From Psilocybe cubensis (taxonomy: Eukaryota), in assembly GCA_017499595.2 (NCBI GenBank), contig CM039001.1, forward strand, positions 992,001 through 1,056,000: a DNA stretch of 64,000 bases. Reading direction: 5' to 3'. A program made the translations under genes and the position numbers. The notes beneath the pieces were generated by a model. That model did no database searches, had not been told where the DNA came from, and saw nothing but the letters and a program-made list of their open reading frames with translations. Positions 12,287 to 25,325 of the stretch are shown piece by piece. Numbering within the stretch: position 1 is the first letter of the stretch; every line of letters starts with the position of its first letter.

Positions 12287-14743
12287 ATGCTTCGCCTGTG
12301 GCAGAGTATGGTGCTATCAAACCTTGCATTTCTGTTTTACCTACTGCTCGGACAGGTGTCCGCAGCCCCAACCGATAGTGCGTTAGAGGGGACAAGAGCC
12401 CATCAATGAACTATGTGTGGGATTAACTGACGATAATTTCTTTGCTATCTAGTTCCGTCTGCAGCGTCTTTCTATATACCTTCAATACCCTACATTCACC
12501 AAAATGCTGACCACCCACTCACCATGTACGGAGGCCATCTCTCCGCAGACCCAAACCTCTCGCTTGCATCAAGCACAGATGTCACTGCACATCTATACTT
12601 CTTTATGGTCAAAAACAGACGGACGGCAGACAAAGAACGAATAGTCTTCTGGTTTAATGTGAGCGAACATTGAGGCTATGTTTGATTTAGTGGTGAATAA
12701 TGTACACAGGGAGGTCCAGGATGCTCATCGTTCGACGGAGCTATGATGGAAGTTGGGCCCTGGCGGTGGGATGGAAAGTCAGATCATGACTTCTACGTTC
12801 AGGAGGGCGGTTGGGAGGAATATACAACGATGGTGTTTGGTGCGTCAAACTCAATATATTTCAAAGAATGTATCCTGATATTCCGTGGTAAATGCAGTCG
12901 ACCAACCTGCTGGGACAGGTTTCTCGTATACAAGCACTGATAAATATGTCCATACCACCGACGTTGTATGTATTCTCAGATTATCTGCATAATTTATTTC
13001 ATCTCCTTTCCCCAGGCTCAAGGTAACTTCCTTGAATTCCTACGGAACTTCTACCTTGTATTCCCTGAATACAAAAATGTGGATGTATGTGTGTCTTCTA
13101 CGATTGCTCAATCAATTATTTGACCCCTACCCAAGACCTACTTTGCTGGAGAAAGTTTCGGCGGCCAATGGATACCATACTTCGGTCAGTCCGCTTTGCA
13201 GTCATGTTCATATACAATGCTCACGATTTTATTTAGCCGATGCTGTTTTGAATTCTCTCATGAAAGTCCCCCTCAAGGGCATTGCAATTGGAAACGGATG
13301 GATCGATTCAAAAAGACAATACCCTGCGTACATTGACTACGCTGTTAAAATGGGTCATATGGAGGAGAATGATGCTGTACGTGGTTGTAAACATTGCTGG
13401 ATGTGTCGCCTTACTCTTTTCACAGAATTGGAAGGAAACCAAAAAGGAAACCGACTCGTGCTTAGCTGCTCTGGAGAAGTTGAAGGACAAAAACCCGATG
13501 ACTATCGACGCTTGTGCGGGTATCCTTCGTTCTATCATGAATGCCAGTGAACGAACGTACGTCTATTTCCCGTCTCTCGTCAATTCCACCTTGACATAGT
13601 TTTAACGGATTTTAGTGTGAAGGGGCAGAAAATGTGTATTAACATCTACGACATTCGACTGGAAGACACCTCTCCGGATTGCGGAATGAACTGGCCTCCT
13701 CCGATGCATCATGTCACTAGCTTCCTAGGCGTAAGATTTCTCGTTTCCTCTTCCAACTTTTACAATCTGATTGATTTGCGATGTTACACAGCGTTCAGAC
13801 GTTGTCGCTGCTTTACATGCTACAGCACACCCTGGAAGCTGGCGAGAATGTCGGCCGGATGTACACCGTGCATTCCGCGAGTCTTCAGAAGAATCGTCCA
13901 TCTCAATTCTCCCTCGGGTTCTCTCCAAAATTCCCGTTCTCATTTTCGCCGGTGACCAGGATCTGATTTGCAATTATATTGGACTGGAGAATATGATGAA
14001 CTCGCTTACTTGGAACGGAGCCACTGGACTTGGAGTGAGTTCCCGCTTCGTTCTTTCACTCGAATTTGTCTCTAACGAGTTGTAGACCGTTCAAACCCAA
14101 TCTTGGACTGTTAATTCCGTGCCGGCTGGTACATGGGTCTCATCGCGCAATTTGACCTACGTCAAGGTGAGTAACTTGTTTCCTGCAATACGGACCTTTT
14201 TGACACTATTTTCTCCAGATATTCAATGCGTCGCATATGGCTCCATATGACGCCCCTCATGTATCGCACGACATGATGCTTCGCTTCATGGGCGTCAACT
14301 TTACAGCCATCTTTGAAGGGTCTGCCAAGATCCCAAGTAGCGTCGGCAATGAGGACAAGCCACACTTTGTTGAACAGCACGACGCTAAACCACCCACACC
14401 CTCCAAAACACCACAGCAAGACAAGGCGATGTGGGAAGCGTATTACAACGCGGGATCTGCGGCGCTGGTGTTGGTTCTGGTGTTCTTGGTCATTGGGACG
14501 TTTGTATGGTGCAGGCTCCGGAGAAAGCGTTCCGTTAAGCTGCCTTTTACTCAGGAAGAGGAGAGTATACCACTGAACTCTGCGTTGCGGCGTGAGGAAG
14601 GAGACGAGGACCTGGAATCTTCAAGGCAGCGTAAGGGCAAGGAGAGGTCAAAAGATGATCAGCAGGTTGCTGAGCCTCCGATTTTCGACGTGGGGGATAG
14701 TGATGAGGAGGACTATAAGCACACAAAGGCAGATAGCAAATGA
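12287..14743 (+). CDS. KEX1: Pheromone-processing serine carboxypeptidase Kex1 (S10 family)
   Basis: Signal peptide; [32 protein letters not shown] (catalytic Ser), GDQDLICN (Asp), NASHMAPYD (His); C-terminal TM (AYYNAGSAALVLVLVFLVIG) and acidic tail typical of Kex1. Confidence 0.92.
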
Positions 14744-15034
14744 TCCCTGACTTTTTGTTTATAGATGTAAAACTTATTCTATGTATGATTTCGTTTAATG
14801 GCACAGTGCAAAAATGAGGAGAAAGCAACAAATTGATTTCTGAGAAGTAATACAAGAGTAAAGTAATAGAAAAGAGATGTCCCCGTCATGGTTTAACCAC
14901 TCCGTCAAAGCCACGTAGTGGCACACACTCCGGAGAGCGTGGGGTACGGCAGGTACAGGAATATGACGATGCAGACATCCATCGAGCGTCAAGCCTCCAC
15001 AGGCCAAATCAACGCGGCAAAGCGGACTCGGACC

Positions 15035-15385
15035 ATGAAAGCGAGCTCGACGGCGCTGCTCCTTCTCGTGAGCATCCCGAAAGACGCCTCGCTCCGTCAA
15101 CCTGAAAGAATTAACGCCATCCAGATGAGTTAACGCCTGGCGCTTGCGCTAGCGCTTCGGTGGGTTGATTGCGGACACTTGAAGAAAAACTAAAATTTGC
15201 ATTACAAAACTTTTTTATACCGCAGCCGAGCGGGCTTTCAATTTTTGTTTTTGACACGATCATATGACTATTTGTCTCGTGACTTTGACAAGCGGGATTG
15301 CGTTCCAAATCCGGACAAGGGCTCCCTTGTGTGCACTCCGTCTCCATGTCCACTGTACGACCTGGCGTGCTTGTACTGCAAATAG
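15035..15385 (+). pseudogene. Three-exon small secreted Cys-rich prepropeptide with one in-frame TAA
   Basis: Exons 15035-15067, 15125-15159, 15226-15385 (introns 57 and 66 nt, GT..AG) splice in frame to MKASSTALLLLMS*RLALALALRRAGFQFLFLTRSYDYLSRDFDKR-DCVPNPDKGSLVCTPSPCPLYDLACLYCK*; TAA at 15131-15133. Confidence 0.5.
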
Positions 15386-15662
15386 CAGTCTTTCTTCTTG
15401 GTGTCCATTGTGGATGATATGCGATACTCTTCTATTGTCGCTCAAAACAACAACAACTACCGGAGAACATAACTATAGTTCTCCCCTCGACTTACCGAAA
15501 CCCTCCCCAAGAACAATTACCTTCCCCCAATTCGGTGCTTGTTGGGCCTGCGCTTGGACCTCGTGTCTGTACTAAACGAAAAAAAAAACGTCAATAGCAC
15601 TCCTAGGATACTCACATTGAACTTCTTCAGGCCAATAACCTCCAATACGACTTCGAGTAAAA

Positions 15663-16652
15663 ATGGTGTCTAATAGCTGGCCTTTTCCCAACAAGGGGGT
15701 TACTCTGTATACCAAGCAGGGTGAAATACCCATGGTCACGAAGAATACGAGATTGGTCAACATGTTCACGAAACCGCGTCCTGTTCGCTCGACATCGCCG
15801 TCATCTGTAGACGCAGATTACGGAGAAAGCGATGAAGACGAGGTGGAGACCATGGAGGAGTACGCAGAGAACCTGCTCGAGGAAGAAGAGGTTTACCACT
15901 GGCTTGTAGCCTCGGATCCGCAGCCCTGGCCCTCTCCCGAGATAAAGGCGCCAACAGAGGCGCCTTTTGCAATCTGGGGCGTCCCGGCCCCCCTCATCTT
16001 CCAGCTCTTCCAATTCCTTATGATTTACTTTGGTTTCTTGCCGAAACGGCAAGAGCATAGTATGCCTATTCCTCAGCCTATGCCTCCACGACGACCACTT
16101 CACCCTCTACATTACTACGATCCGCAAGAAAGAGCCAAGTTGCAGAGATGGGATAACACCCGACCGCCTCCAGAGGAAGACGACATGACCTTGGTCGTCT
16201 TCCCTCACCCAGGCAGAAACGAAATCCTCGAACGGATACGAATGACAAGAGACTGGAGCTCTGGGATGCTGGACACACACCAACCGAGCACGTTGCGGGT
16301 CTATCGTGTTCGAGAGGAAGATCGAGTAGCATTCTACTGGTCCGTCAGCGCGGCTCATCTATTATTTATATGGATCCGTAAGCCGATTCACGATTTCGAC
16401 ACCATCGCTGTGTATAGGCACGGCCATCGGTGCTGGGACTTTGACGACAAGGAGGCGTGGGCGCTCGTGTCTGGGGGCAGGTGGATCGATTCTGTGCGTC
16501 TACGGGCGGTTGCTGACCGTACGACTAAATGGCCATTGTCGAGGAAGGGTCGTTTGTATTTTGGCATTTATCGAGGCATCAACTGGATACTCCGACGGTT
16601 GGGTATCGCTGTGCAAGTAAATGTCCCAGATTTGTTAAATTTACAGTACTAG
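15663..16652 (+). CDS. Single-exon hypothetical protein (acidic N-terminus, one hydrophobic segment)
   Basis: 329-aa uninterrupted ORF with protein-like composition; true start may be a downstream ATG (15732 or 15762). Confidence 0.65.
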   Translation: MVSNSWPFPNKGVTLYTKQGEIPMVTKNTRLVNMFTKPRPVRSTSPSSVDADYGESDEDEVETMEEYAENLLEEEEVYHWLVASDPQPWPSPEIKAPTEAPFAIWGVPAPLIFQLFQFLMIYFGFLPKRQEHSMPIPQPMPPRRPLHPLHYYDPQERAKLQRWDNTRPPPEEDDMTLVVFPHPGRNEILERIRMTRDWSSGMLDTHQPSTLRVYRVREEDRVAFYWSVSAAHLLFIWIRKPIHDFDTIAVYRHGHRCWDFDDKEAWALVSGGRWIDSVRLRAVADRTTKWPLSRKGRLYFGIYRGINWILRRLGIAVQVNVPDLLNLQY

Positions 16653-18349
16653 AGTGTATGTCACCCCGTCTTCTGCTGTCTCGCTTTGCTTTGCTATGTT
16701 GTACTCTATCACTTCGTCATTTTCTTCTACTACTATGTTAATCACATTGCTATTCGTTGTTTATAATATCGAGTGGTCTACAACCGAATGATTTGAGGTT
16801 CTCAGCAGATATCTCGGGCAGAATAGGGGTAAATCACGTGTAGGTTATGAGCGCTTATTGAAGTTAGAGGAAACGCTTTCAATGTAGCAAACACGCAAAA
16901 TCACAAAGTTCAAAATATTGGGATAGAAAAATTATACAATGTTTGCACCATCCTGTGCTGAGAAGCTGTGATGCATTAGTGGTCTACTTTTACTGCATTA
17001 GCTTCAAAACTTGCATTCCTCGGGCAGAGTGGATCTGTGACGGTATACTACTAGCCGCATTGATTGACCTTACGAAACATTCAAAATGTGATAAAAATCT
17101 TAATTAGTGCCCTGCCACACACTTAGTAACGTACGGTACGAGTACCTGGTCAAAAATTTTTGAGCACCAATGGCGGAGGTTTCCAAAGAGATTCGGTACA
17201 TGGTAGCCAGACAGCTCCAATTCTGCGCCGCTGAAACCATTGCAAAGTTACATCATCTGTATAAAAAGCTCAACAGACGATGTGATCGCCGTCGCCGTTA
17301 AGATTCCAAAGAATGTTCTCTTCGAAGACAAGTGGACAACAGAAAGGTTATCTATATATTGCTCCAAAAAATTTGAAAGGAGATTGCATCGTTATGAACC
17401 AGAGCATTGGCGGAGATCCTATCCAGAGAATTGGGCATTCGAGGGTTTTGAATGCTCTGTTTGAAATGTACGAGATCAGTCAGGATTCAAGAGTTTGCGA
17501 GTAAGTAGCGAATAACCATGATGTAAGTTTAAGTGTAGCCTATTGGCCCTATTCGGACGACGAAGAGCGAACATCGCTAATCATGAAAGGCAAGAGGATT
17601 ACGTGCAGGGATAGTTTTAGCCTTCATGGGGATCAAGACGCGACTTGGTGGGAAAACGCGTTGACGATGACGATAAGTTCGGAAGCGGTGCCGTTGGTAC
17701 ACACGAGCTCATTCCCAGTGGAGGTGAATGAGAGCTCGAGAAGAACACTGGCCCCACTGAGATATCAAGTTTTAAGATAGCAAAAATGTCGTATCAATTG
17801 GCAGTCGCCCATGACTGAGAATTGCCAATGGCCGGACGCACATGCGCGTGCTGCAAATAGGCTGAAATACGGGGGTATGACAAACGTTCAAATGAAAACG
17901 GTGGGTGTCGGAGAGAAAGAGATGCACGGGCGTCGGCCGCAGCGGCAGGTTGCTGGTTGGCCGGAACAGCGAGCAGAAAATTTGAGCTCCTGATGCTCTG
18001 ATACTACTCCGAGTTAACAGGTCCGCTGACACAAAAAAGCAAGTTGAGGCGCCCGGATCCCACCCTATGCCAATAGTGGCAGGACAATGTCTCTTTCGGA
18101 GCTTCAGGTCGATAAATTGACAATGGTGGCAGGGTCGGACTGTACTATACGCGGATCTTCGCTGTGCTGACTTGCAAAAAAGGATGACAGGCTTTTCTGC
18201 GCTTTTCCCTCATTTGGCTCCGAGTGATCAAGATTCCAATGAACTTTTGTATAAGACGCGTCCTCGGTCTCAGACCATTCCACTCCTTCCTCTCTCATTC
18301 CATAGCTATCTCTGCTCGGCCACATATACCCCCTCTTTTTGCCAGCAAC

Positions 18350-20035
18350 ATGTCCACAAGATCTCTTCCTGGTATGTCTATTTCAAATTATGCCCCACAC
18401 CTGCTCATCCAACCTTCTAGACTGCTGGGGTCATCGCGGGGTTCGTCTTCAGTCTCTTTGCCATGTCAGCTGCTTGGACCATCTATCCACGCGCCTCCAT
18501 GGCTCCAACAATTGCGCCAGCAATGCACTCACGCTCGTTTCTATTGTTATCAGGCTTCCTCGCGCTTCCCCGAAAACACGCTTGCAAGCTTCGAAGCTGC
18601 CATGAGAGATGGCTCCGAAGGCATCGAAAGTGGTGCGTTGTTTGGAGCGCACTCGATGGAAAGCCATATTTTAACACCACCTCGCAGACGTTCATGTATC
18701 GGCAGACGATGTCGTGGTTATGTTCCATGACCCAGGTGAGCAATTGTCCCCGCGTTTTCCGACTCCAGGGAAAATCGCTAATAACGGTACTTTTTGCTCT
18801 CTAGCCCTTGAGAGAACGACAGACTCTAAAGGTGAATATTCGCACCCAGCGCCTCGACCCTGCACTCTCTGAGTTCCGCCCGTGCTTTTTTTCTTTTTGT
18901 GTCCCTTTTGTGTAGGTCAAATCAAGGAGAGAACCTGGTATGGGGAGAATGGAATGCAGCATGTACGGACCGTGAAAGAACCCAAACAAGCGATCCCCAC
19001 TTTCGCGGAGACAGTCGAGCTGCTCATGAAGGTGCGTTATGCCTGGCGGCGCTGCTACCATTCGTGCATGCGTCTTAACAACGTCCACTCTTACTTCAGC
19101 CGGAGAACCGCCACATTAAGTTCAACGTTGACGTCAAAGTGCAGAATGATCCAGACCGCCTCTTCTCGCTGATGCACAACACCATCTCCTCGCATCCCAG
19201 CTGGGAGACGGATCTCGCCCCGCGCATTCTGTTGGGTCTATGGCATCCGCGGTTCATCAACTTCGCCAAGGCGAGACTTCCATACTGCAGACGCTCGTAC
19301 ATCGGTACGAGTACGTACGTTGCCCGGAAATACTTTTGGAAGGACTGTGATGCGTTCTCCATGGCGTTTGCATCGCTTGCCACCGTCGATGGACAGCGGT
19401 ACGTTTTTAGGCTACTTTTTTGTGGTGTTTCATGCAATTTTCTCATCATTGAATTGTATTCCTAGGTTCCGAGCTGAATGCAAGATTGCAGGAAAGAACG
19501 TTATGGTATGGACTGTGAATGAACCTGGCCACATGATGGAGGTGCGTTGCTTTTCCTTTTCACACTCATCATGGTCGAGAAAGAGAGTTGATGTGCTATT
19601 TTTAATAGGCTGTGAGATGGGAAGTAGACGCGATTATTACGGACGTCACCAAGACTTGGCTGGACCTTCGCTCAGCGTTGCAAAGTGAGTTCCGACCTAA
19701 AATTACCCCGCATTTTCCCTGCCTTTCCCCACACGACAATCAATTTCTATTTCCTTGTCGGGTTAACGATTTCCATTGGCAAAATTAACTCCTCATCAAT
19801 GCGATTTAACCTTCCATATACTGACATATACCCATTTTTTTCAGCCGATTACGACAGCATTGGGTCGCAGTACGGACGATTCTTCCTCTGGACGTCGCTC
19901 AAGTTCTACATGCCTGTTTTGGCCATGTACAACAGGAAAGTTCAGACCTATTTGGAGAGCATTGCAGGCCCTTTCGACGCAGCTGAGATCGAGGCACCAC
20001 CGGTAGTCGCACCCGTCGTCGCTACGAACGCTTAA
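18350..20035 (+). CDS. Glycerophosphodiester phosphodiesterase (GDPD, Pgc1-like), multi-exon
   Basis: Spliced WGHRG-ASSRFPENTLASFEAAMRDGSEGIESDVHVSADDVVVMFHDP, VMVWTVN, DAIITD motifs of the GDPD family. Confidence 0.88.
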
Positions 20036-21902
20036 ATATTTTCTATCATAGACGGAGCTATGAAGCCGACTGTTCGATGACAGCTTGAGAAGGTTGTGCA
20101 TGGGGGCGGAGTTGATCTTTCTTCTTTGCTTTTTCTCCAGTTCAGTTTTCCATATGATCCATGATTTATCAGGATCAAAGGCGATAAAACCGCTTCTCTC
20201 AAATCCTCATCATTATCAACCTTCTGCCTCATGTTTCCACTATGTGACATTCTTCTCCTTCCGTCCTTTTTGGTCAATCTGGACTCTTTATAGATGTTTA
20301 ACCCATTTCGCTCAACAAACATAGAGCGCTTTGATGATATATCCCTGCTTCATCCATCAACTAATAGAAATCCTTGTAAATAATTAGTCGGTTTTATTTT
20401 CTCTGTTTTGTGGTTTTGTGTATCTCTTTTTTGGGCTTTGGTATATAGGTTGTGTGTGGTTCCGTCTTTATACATAGTTAACTAATTGAATGACATCATG
20501 CTGAATCGAAATGCATCTATTGACAGTGATTATTGGGAGATTCAGTGTATAGCATTAGTTTTTCAACCATTTGATTGAGGCCACAGATTGAAAAATAGTC
20601 AAGGAGAACCAAAGAAGAAGCGGTAAAATAAATGCCCAATCGGTCGGTAGACAACTTGGACAACCCAAGAAAGCAGTGCCCGTATTTAGAAAGTGTATTT
20701 CCTAGTTTGGCGTTTCACCTTGCGACGCATGGAATTGATATCTAAAGAAATCGTGTTCTTCTCTAATATTTCGATGTTGACGACCACGATTTATGATGAA
20801 CAACAAGAAAGATAAGGGCGGTGCGGATCAGCGAGTTCTCAGCCGTTTCAGTAGCTGTCGACAATAAGGCAGGAAGGGCGAGTGAGATCCACCAAGTTGG
20901 TCAACAGTGGAGCTATCGATGGCGATGCCTTGAGGTTCCAGCTATATCCGGCAAACAACCAGCTTTGAATTGGGGCTCCTTCGTTTTTAGATTGATGATG
21001 TGGTAGATATGTGCGCGTCGTTGTAGTGATCCTATCTCATCGATACCGGGAAAGGTTATTTATTGTAAGTAGTGGTGGTAGTACGCCGTGTGAGTAAGTC
21101 GCGCCTTTTTGCGTGTACCAGTTTGAACTTGCTGTATATACGCCATATTAGCTTTCCTGCTCATGTATACGAATAGCTGTGAAGACACCAAAAGAAAATG
21201 ATCCCAGACGGTATTTGTGAAGTATATCCGTAGAATGATGCGCGAGTCCTTTGTGCACATTGTGTACAATTCTAGGTACGATTGGTTTCTGTGCCGCTTT
21301 AATAGGCTTGATGTGCCCGGATGCGCAGCCCACCTTTAAACGAAAGGAGCATACCAACCCATCGGGGTGGTAATGGTGACCTTCCTTTCCTATACTTTTC
21401 ATTAAATTTGGACGCGCTGTGGGGAATTCAAGGACATTCGGGATATTAGTGCGATTGATCGTTATCTTCTCGCTTTGTTATCTTTGGTACATGTCTATTT
21501 GAGTCCAAGGCTGTGGATTTGTTGCACCAGGATGCTAGTTTGCGCAGAACATGGACGATGGTCGCTCATAGATGGGATATGCTAGGGAACGCTTGTGGTG
21601 GTGTTGAGGGATATGGAGAGGTGATGGTGAGCGGAAAAGTGATGGCGTTGTTGTTGGGTGAGACTGACGGGGTGGGCGGGCCGAGTTGAGTCAGGGCCAC
21701 CACGCGGTCAGCGAGCACACTTGACCTTTGGACTTGTCCCCAACAGCCACACGTCCGTCACTTCCTCTGACTCGATCTTCCTCTGCCGACGCTTCCGTTG
21801 GATAAGGGAGCGCAATTAGCGCTCTCTGCGGAGATTTCATTACTCTCTGAAACTTGATTGCATAATTTATTTGATTCTACCAGATTCGCGTTTCTATTCA
21901 TA

Positions 21903-24260
21903 ATGTCCTATCCGAAATCAAACCATCCAAACAGCCCCAGCTTTGACTCTAGCACATACACCAGCACCAGCAAGAGCAGTCGGAGTGCTACCAGTCCCAG
22001 GAAAACCCACAGAAAGCGAGCATCAACTTCAAAGTTGTCTTCAGACACGACGTCAACGCTTCCTGAGTATTTTTCTGTACCCACTCGCGGTGCAGCAGCC
22101 ACGACAGGGTGGCAACCTAATAGCGGTCACAGTCAACAGATATTGTATCCAACTCAACGCCATTTGCACTCGTTTTCCGGGTCGAGATTGGGAGTAGGAG
22201 TTGGGGAAGAGGAAGAGGACAAGCCGCCGGATTACCCAGATAGCGCAGAAGAAGCCGACGAAGACACGGACACGGACGTCAACGCTGCCAACATTGTTTA
22301 CGTACCCGTAGCTTCACCCTCGCAGAGGCCGCAGGCCGTTTCGCCCCGTAGAAACAAACGCTTTCTACCCAGCCATAAACGGAGGCAATCTGTCTCTTCT
22401 TTCCAACAGTTCCAGCAGCAACAACAGCAGGAATTGGAATCCAGCGATCCGTATCTGGACTCTTTGCTTGAACGAAGTGTACACGCACTGGAGATGTCAA
22501 ATACCTTATTGCAATCATCGATCTCGACAAAATCCAGTTTGTCGACTATATTAGGCGCAGATACGTCAGGGGATGGAGCTTTGGAGGCAAGGGCACTGGG
22601 GTTATCCCATAGGATCAGAGAAACATGGGACGCAAGGGCAGCGTGGGCCGACGACCTAGAAGAAATCAGCAGGAATGTAGAGGGTCTATTTATCGAGGAA
22701 AACAATAGTTCTCCCTCGTCGAGAAGATATACTTCTCGTTCGAATATTGATAGTTCCACAGCAATGCGTAAAGGAGGGGTCAGCTGTAGCTTACCCAGCG
22801 GTGGTGGATATATGAGCTCGATGCGGAGACGGCCTTCCTTGGACCTACGTCTCCAGTCGGATTCGGCTGCCGCCCCCCGTCTGCACTACACTCTCCAAAG
22901 CCGGTCCAACTTGGTCTCACCTCCACCGAGAGCTTTGACACAATATGTCGCTTCCACAGAGGACACAGAATCTATATTTCTTCCGTCAACCATTGGTCTC
23001 AGATCGTCCCCATCCGTACACCCTACCCCAGACTCCAGTTGGAAACCCCTTTCTGATGTGGCTTCGTCATCTACAACCAGCTTGCTTTCCACGCAGTCAT
23101 TTTCTTCCCTCGCTCCTTCTAAACTCGCTGATAAACCCCTCGAACCTTCGACTCCGGCGTATAACATGCTTTCTTCCTTTGTTTTCCGGCCTACTCCACC
23201 TGGGTCAGCCACGCCGTCATTCGTCAGTCGGAGAAGAGACTCGAGCATAGCTAGTGGCAGCACGGAACGAGAACGGAGGTCACGGAGATCATCAAAATCG
23301 CCTGTCTCGCAAAACCGTGGAACAGTGTCGCCCATACGACAGTTAACGCCGCCTGTTGAAGAGGCGTCGTCATCGTCCTCTTCGTCGGATGGATTTTTAG
23401 CAAAGAGAACGGTGCAGAGTCTGCGCAAAATCCTCGATGACCAGCCCCCACCTCCGCCTCCCGTTTCAAATAAACTAAAGTCGCCGGCATTCATGCCTCG
23501 TACACCAGCACCTGCCGCAGAGGCGGAGACGTCTACTGCAACCGCGTCTATTTCGCGTCTCTTCACGAAGGGCAAACACTCGTCTTCGACGCGATCTGCT
23601 TCGCCCCCTCGCCAATCTGCGATGAAGCAACGTCATCGCGGGGCGGTGGCGTCACCTAACGGAGATGCGAACCCTAGCGCATCAGCACTTCCATCTGCTG
23701 TACATACTCCCTCGCTATCGCTCTCGGTGTCCACGAGCAACACGCACACAGCGGCGACGCCGTCCCCGCTGCCTTCGCCTTCGCCTATGTCAGCATCTGG
23801 CTCGGGCGTCGTGCAGACACTCAGCATCCCTGATCTTGTGAGCAAAGTGCTCAAGGCCCGCAGCGGCCTCGGGAGCAGGGGAAGTATAACAGACGCAGAT
23901 AGCTCGGGCCAGTCCACACCGAGCAAGCGGATCAGCTTCGCCGAACTTCCAGAGTCATATGCCAGCACACGTCCTCCGTCCTCGAGGTTCTCCAAGGGCA
24001 ACAAGTCGTCTTCGCGGAGACGGAAATCGTCTGGTGCCGGGTCTTCGGGCAAGGGTGACGACGACGCGGGTGATGTGAGCCCTGGAAGTTGGTGGAGTGG
24101 GTGGTTGGGTGGTGGGATGGGAGGATCAGCAGGAGTTCATGGGCTGGGTGTAAGCCTTGCGCGTCAGGAGGAAAGGATGGAAGATCGGATGACGAGGAAC
24201 TGGGGAGGCAGAATCAACTCTGGATATGGAGGTGGTGGATTGGACGATTGGGCCGTTTGA
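21903..24260 (+). CDS. Large intronless Ser/Pro-rich, mostly disordered hypothetical protein
   Basis: About 785-aa ORF from ATG 21903; ordered patch LDSLLERSVHALEMSNTLLQSS; LPEY and PPDY motifs; KRISFAELPESY; Gly/Trp-rich C-terminus. Confidence 0.8.
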   Translation: MSYPKSNHPNSPSFDSSTYTSTSKSSRSATSPRKTHRKRASTSKLSSDTTSTLPEYFSVPTRGAAATTGWQPNSGHSQQILYPTQRHLHSFSGSRLGVGVGEEEEDKPPDYPDSAEEADEDTDTDVNAANIVYVPVASPSQRPQAVSPRRNKRFLPSHKRRQSVSSFQQFQQQQQQELESSDPYLDSLLERSVHALEMSNTLLQSSISTKSSLSTILGADTSGDGALEARALGLSHRIRETWDARAAWADDLEEISRNVEGLFIEENNSSPSSRRYTSRSNIDSSTAMRKGGVSCSLPSGGGYMSSMRRRPSLDLRLQSDSAAAPRLHYTLQSRSNLVSPPPRALTQYVASTEDTESIFLPSTIGLRSSPSVHPTPDSSWKPLSDVASSSTTSLLSTQSFSSLAPSKLADKPLEPSTPAYNMLSSFVFRPTPPGSATPSFVSRRRDSSIASGSTERERRSRRSSKSPVSQNRGTVSPIRQLTPPVEEASSSSSSSDGFLAKRTVQSLRKILDDQPPPPPPVSNKLKSPAFMPRTPAPAAEAETSTATASISRLFTKGKHSSSTRSASPPRQSAMKQRHRGAVASPNGDANPSASALPSAVHTPSLSLSVSTSNTHTAATPSPLPSPSPMSASGSGVVQTLSIPDLVSKVLKARSGLGSRGSITDADSSGQSTPSKRISFAELPESYASTRPPSSRFSKGNKSSSRRRKSSGAGSSGKGDDDAGDVSPGSWWSGWLGGGMGGSAGVHGLGVSLARQEERMEDRMTRNWGGRINSGYGGGGLDDWAV

Positions 24261-25234
24261 ACTTTGAGACGTCGCTTTTTAGTTTTTTGCTATTCAATTC
24301 TGCGGCCTTCTTTCCCGGCTGTTTTGACTTCATCTCGCCCTTCATCTTATACTCGATTTTATTTAAACTTCCTCGTGTTCCTCGTTCTTTAGGGTGGGGT
24401 GACTTTGGCTCTCACTTCTTGGATCGTGCTTGCTGTCATTTTTTTTATTCCTCTTCTTCCTCTCTTTTTCTTTGTCTTGTCTCCCCACTTGGAATTTCTG
24501 CATACTCCCCTATCATACTTCCTGTCTATCATCTCGTTTCTCAAGTCTTCAACATCTCACATGTCATGATAACGAATTTCTGTCACTGGAGTTGTATCGC
24601 TATATTCTACTTTCTTCCTTTCCCATTCTTCTTGTACAATCCGGATGCATACATGTCACTCATTTGCCATACTATCATATTCAGGTTTCTCCACCGAAAA
24701 CACGTTCACATACAGTAGAATATGAATAATTATTCTACTTATGACATTCTCGGTAACATACCCCTCCACTTGCTTTGCCGTAGTTTTCTCGTACACTGTC
24801 ATTGTCACCTGCTGCTCGTGTTTGTCACGAATTATCATTTTGTTGGATTGTCGGATCCGTCTGAACTTTATTGCGCGTGCTACTTTACCTTCCTTTGCCG
24901 ATTAGCTAGATGGAGATTGCAAAAAGCACAAAGTTAAATGCCATCAACAAATACTATTAGTCGAGGCAATGCTATAACAAGTTACATATAACTTAATGAG
25001 GGTGGGGGAATAGTGATAGATGTGTGCGGTAATGACAGACGGAGAGAAACCATTATTGAAGCAGACATAGAGTAGCTGTAGATGTGCGCAGAAAGGACAG
25101 ACAGTTGATTGAAATCTTTGAAGGAGTTGGATGTGGCATTACGTGGTACAAATATCGTGTCCAGGCCGTTGAATCGTCATCGAGGATGTATGTTGAGGAT
25201 ACTAAAGGTTGTCGAATGAGGGCATTATGATAGT

Positions 25235-25325
25235 ATGATGATGATGAGGAGGAGGTGGAGGTGGAGGAGGAGGAGGAGGTGGAGGAGGAGGAGGAGGTGG
25301 AGGAGGAGGAGGAGGTGGAGGAGGA
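25235..25325. repeat. Compound microsatellite (ATG)n then (GAG/GTG)n with an 18-bp GTG(GAG)5 super-period
   Basis: Directly visible: atgatgatgatgaggaggaggtggaggtggaggaggaggaggaggtgg…. Confidence 0.95.

Noticed and set aside
15197-15385. Cys-rich peptide as a basidiomycete mating pheromone because it is next to KEX1
   Set aside because: Ends LYCK, not a CaaX box; no STE3 receptor genes nearby.
16900-18100. Short ORFs between the 15663 gene and the GDPD gene (also 20800-21400 and 30394-31100)
   Set aside because: No recognisable motifs or consistent splice model.
22886-24718. Long antisense ORFs in the 21903 gene and hydrophobic ORF 24089..24718
   Set aside because: Shadows of Ser/Pro-rich coding sequence and a T-rich 3' UTR.
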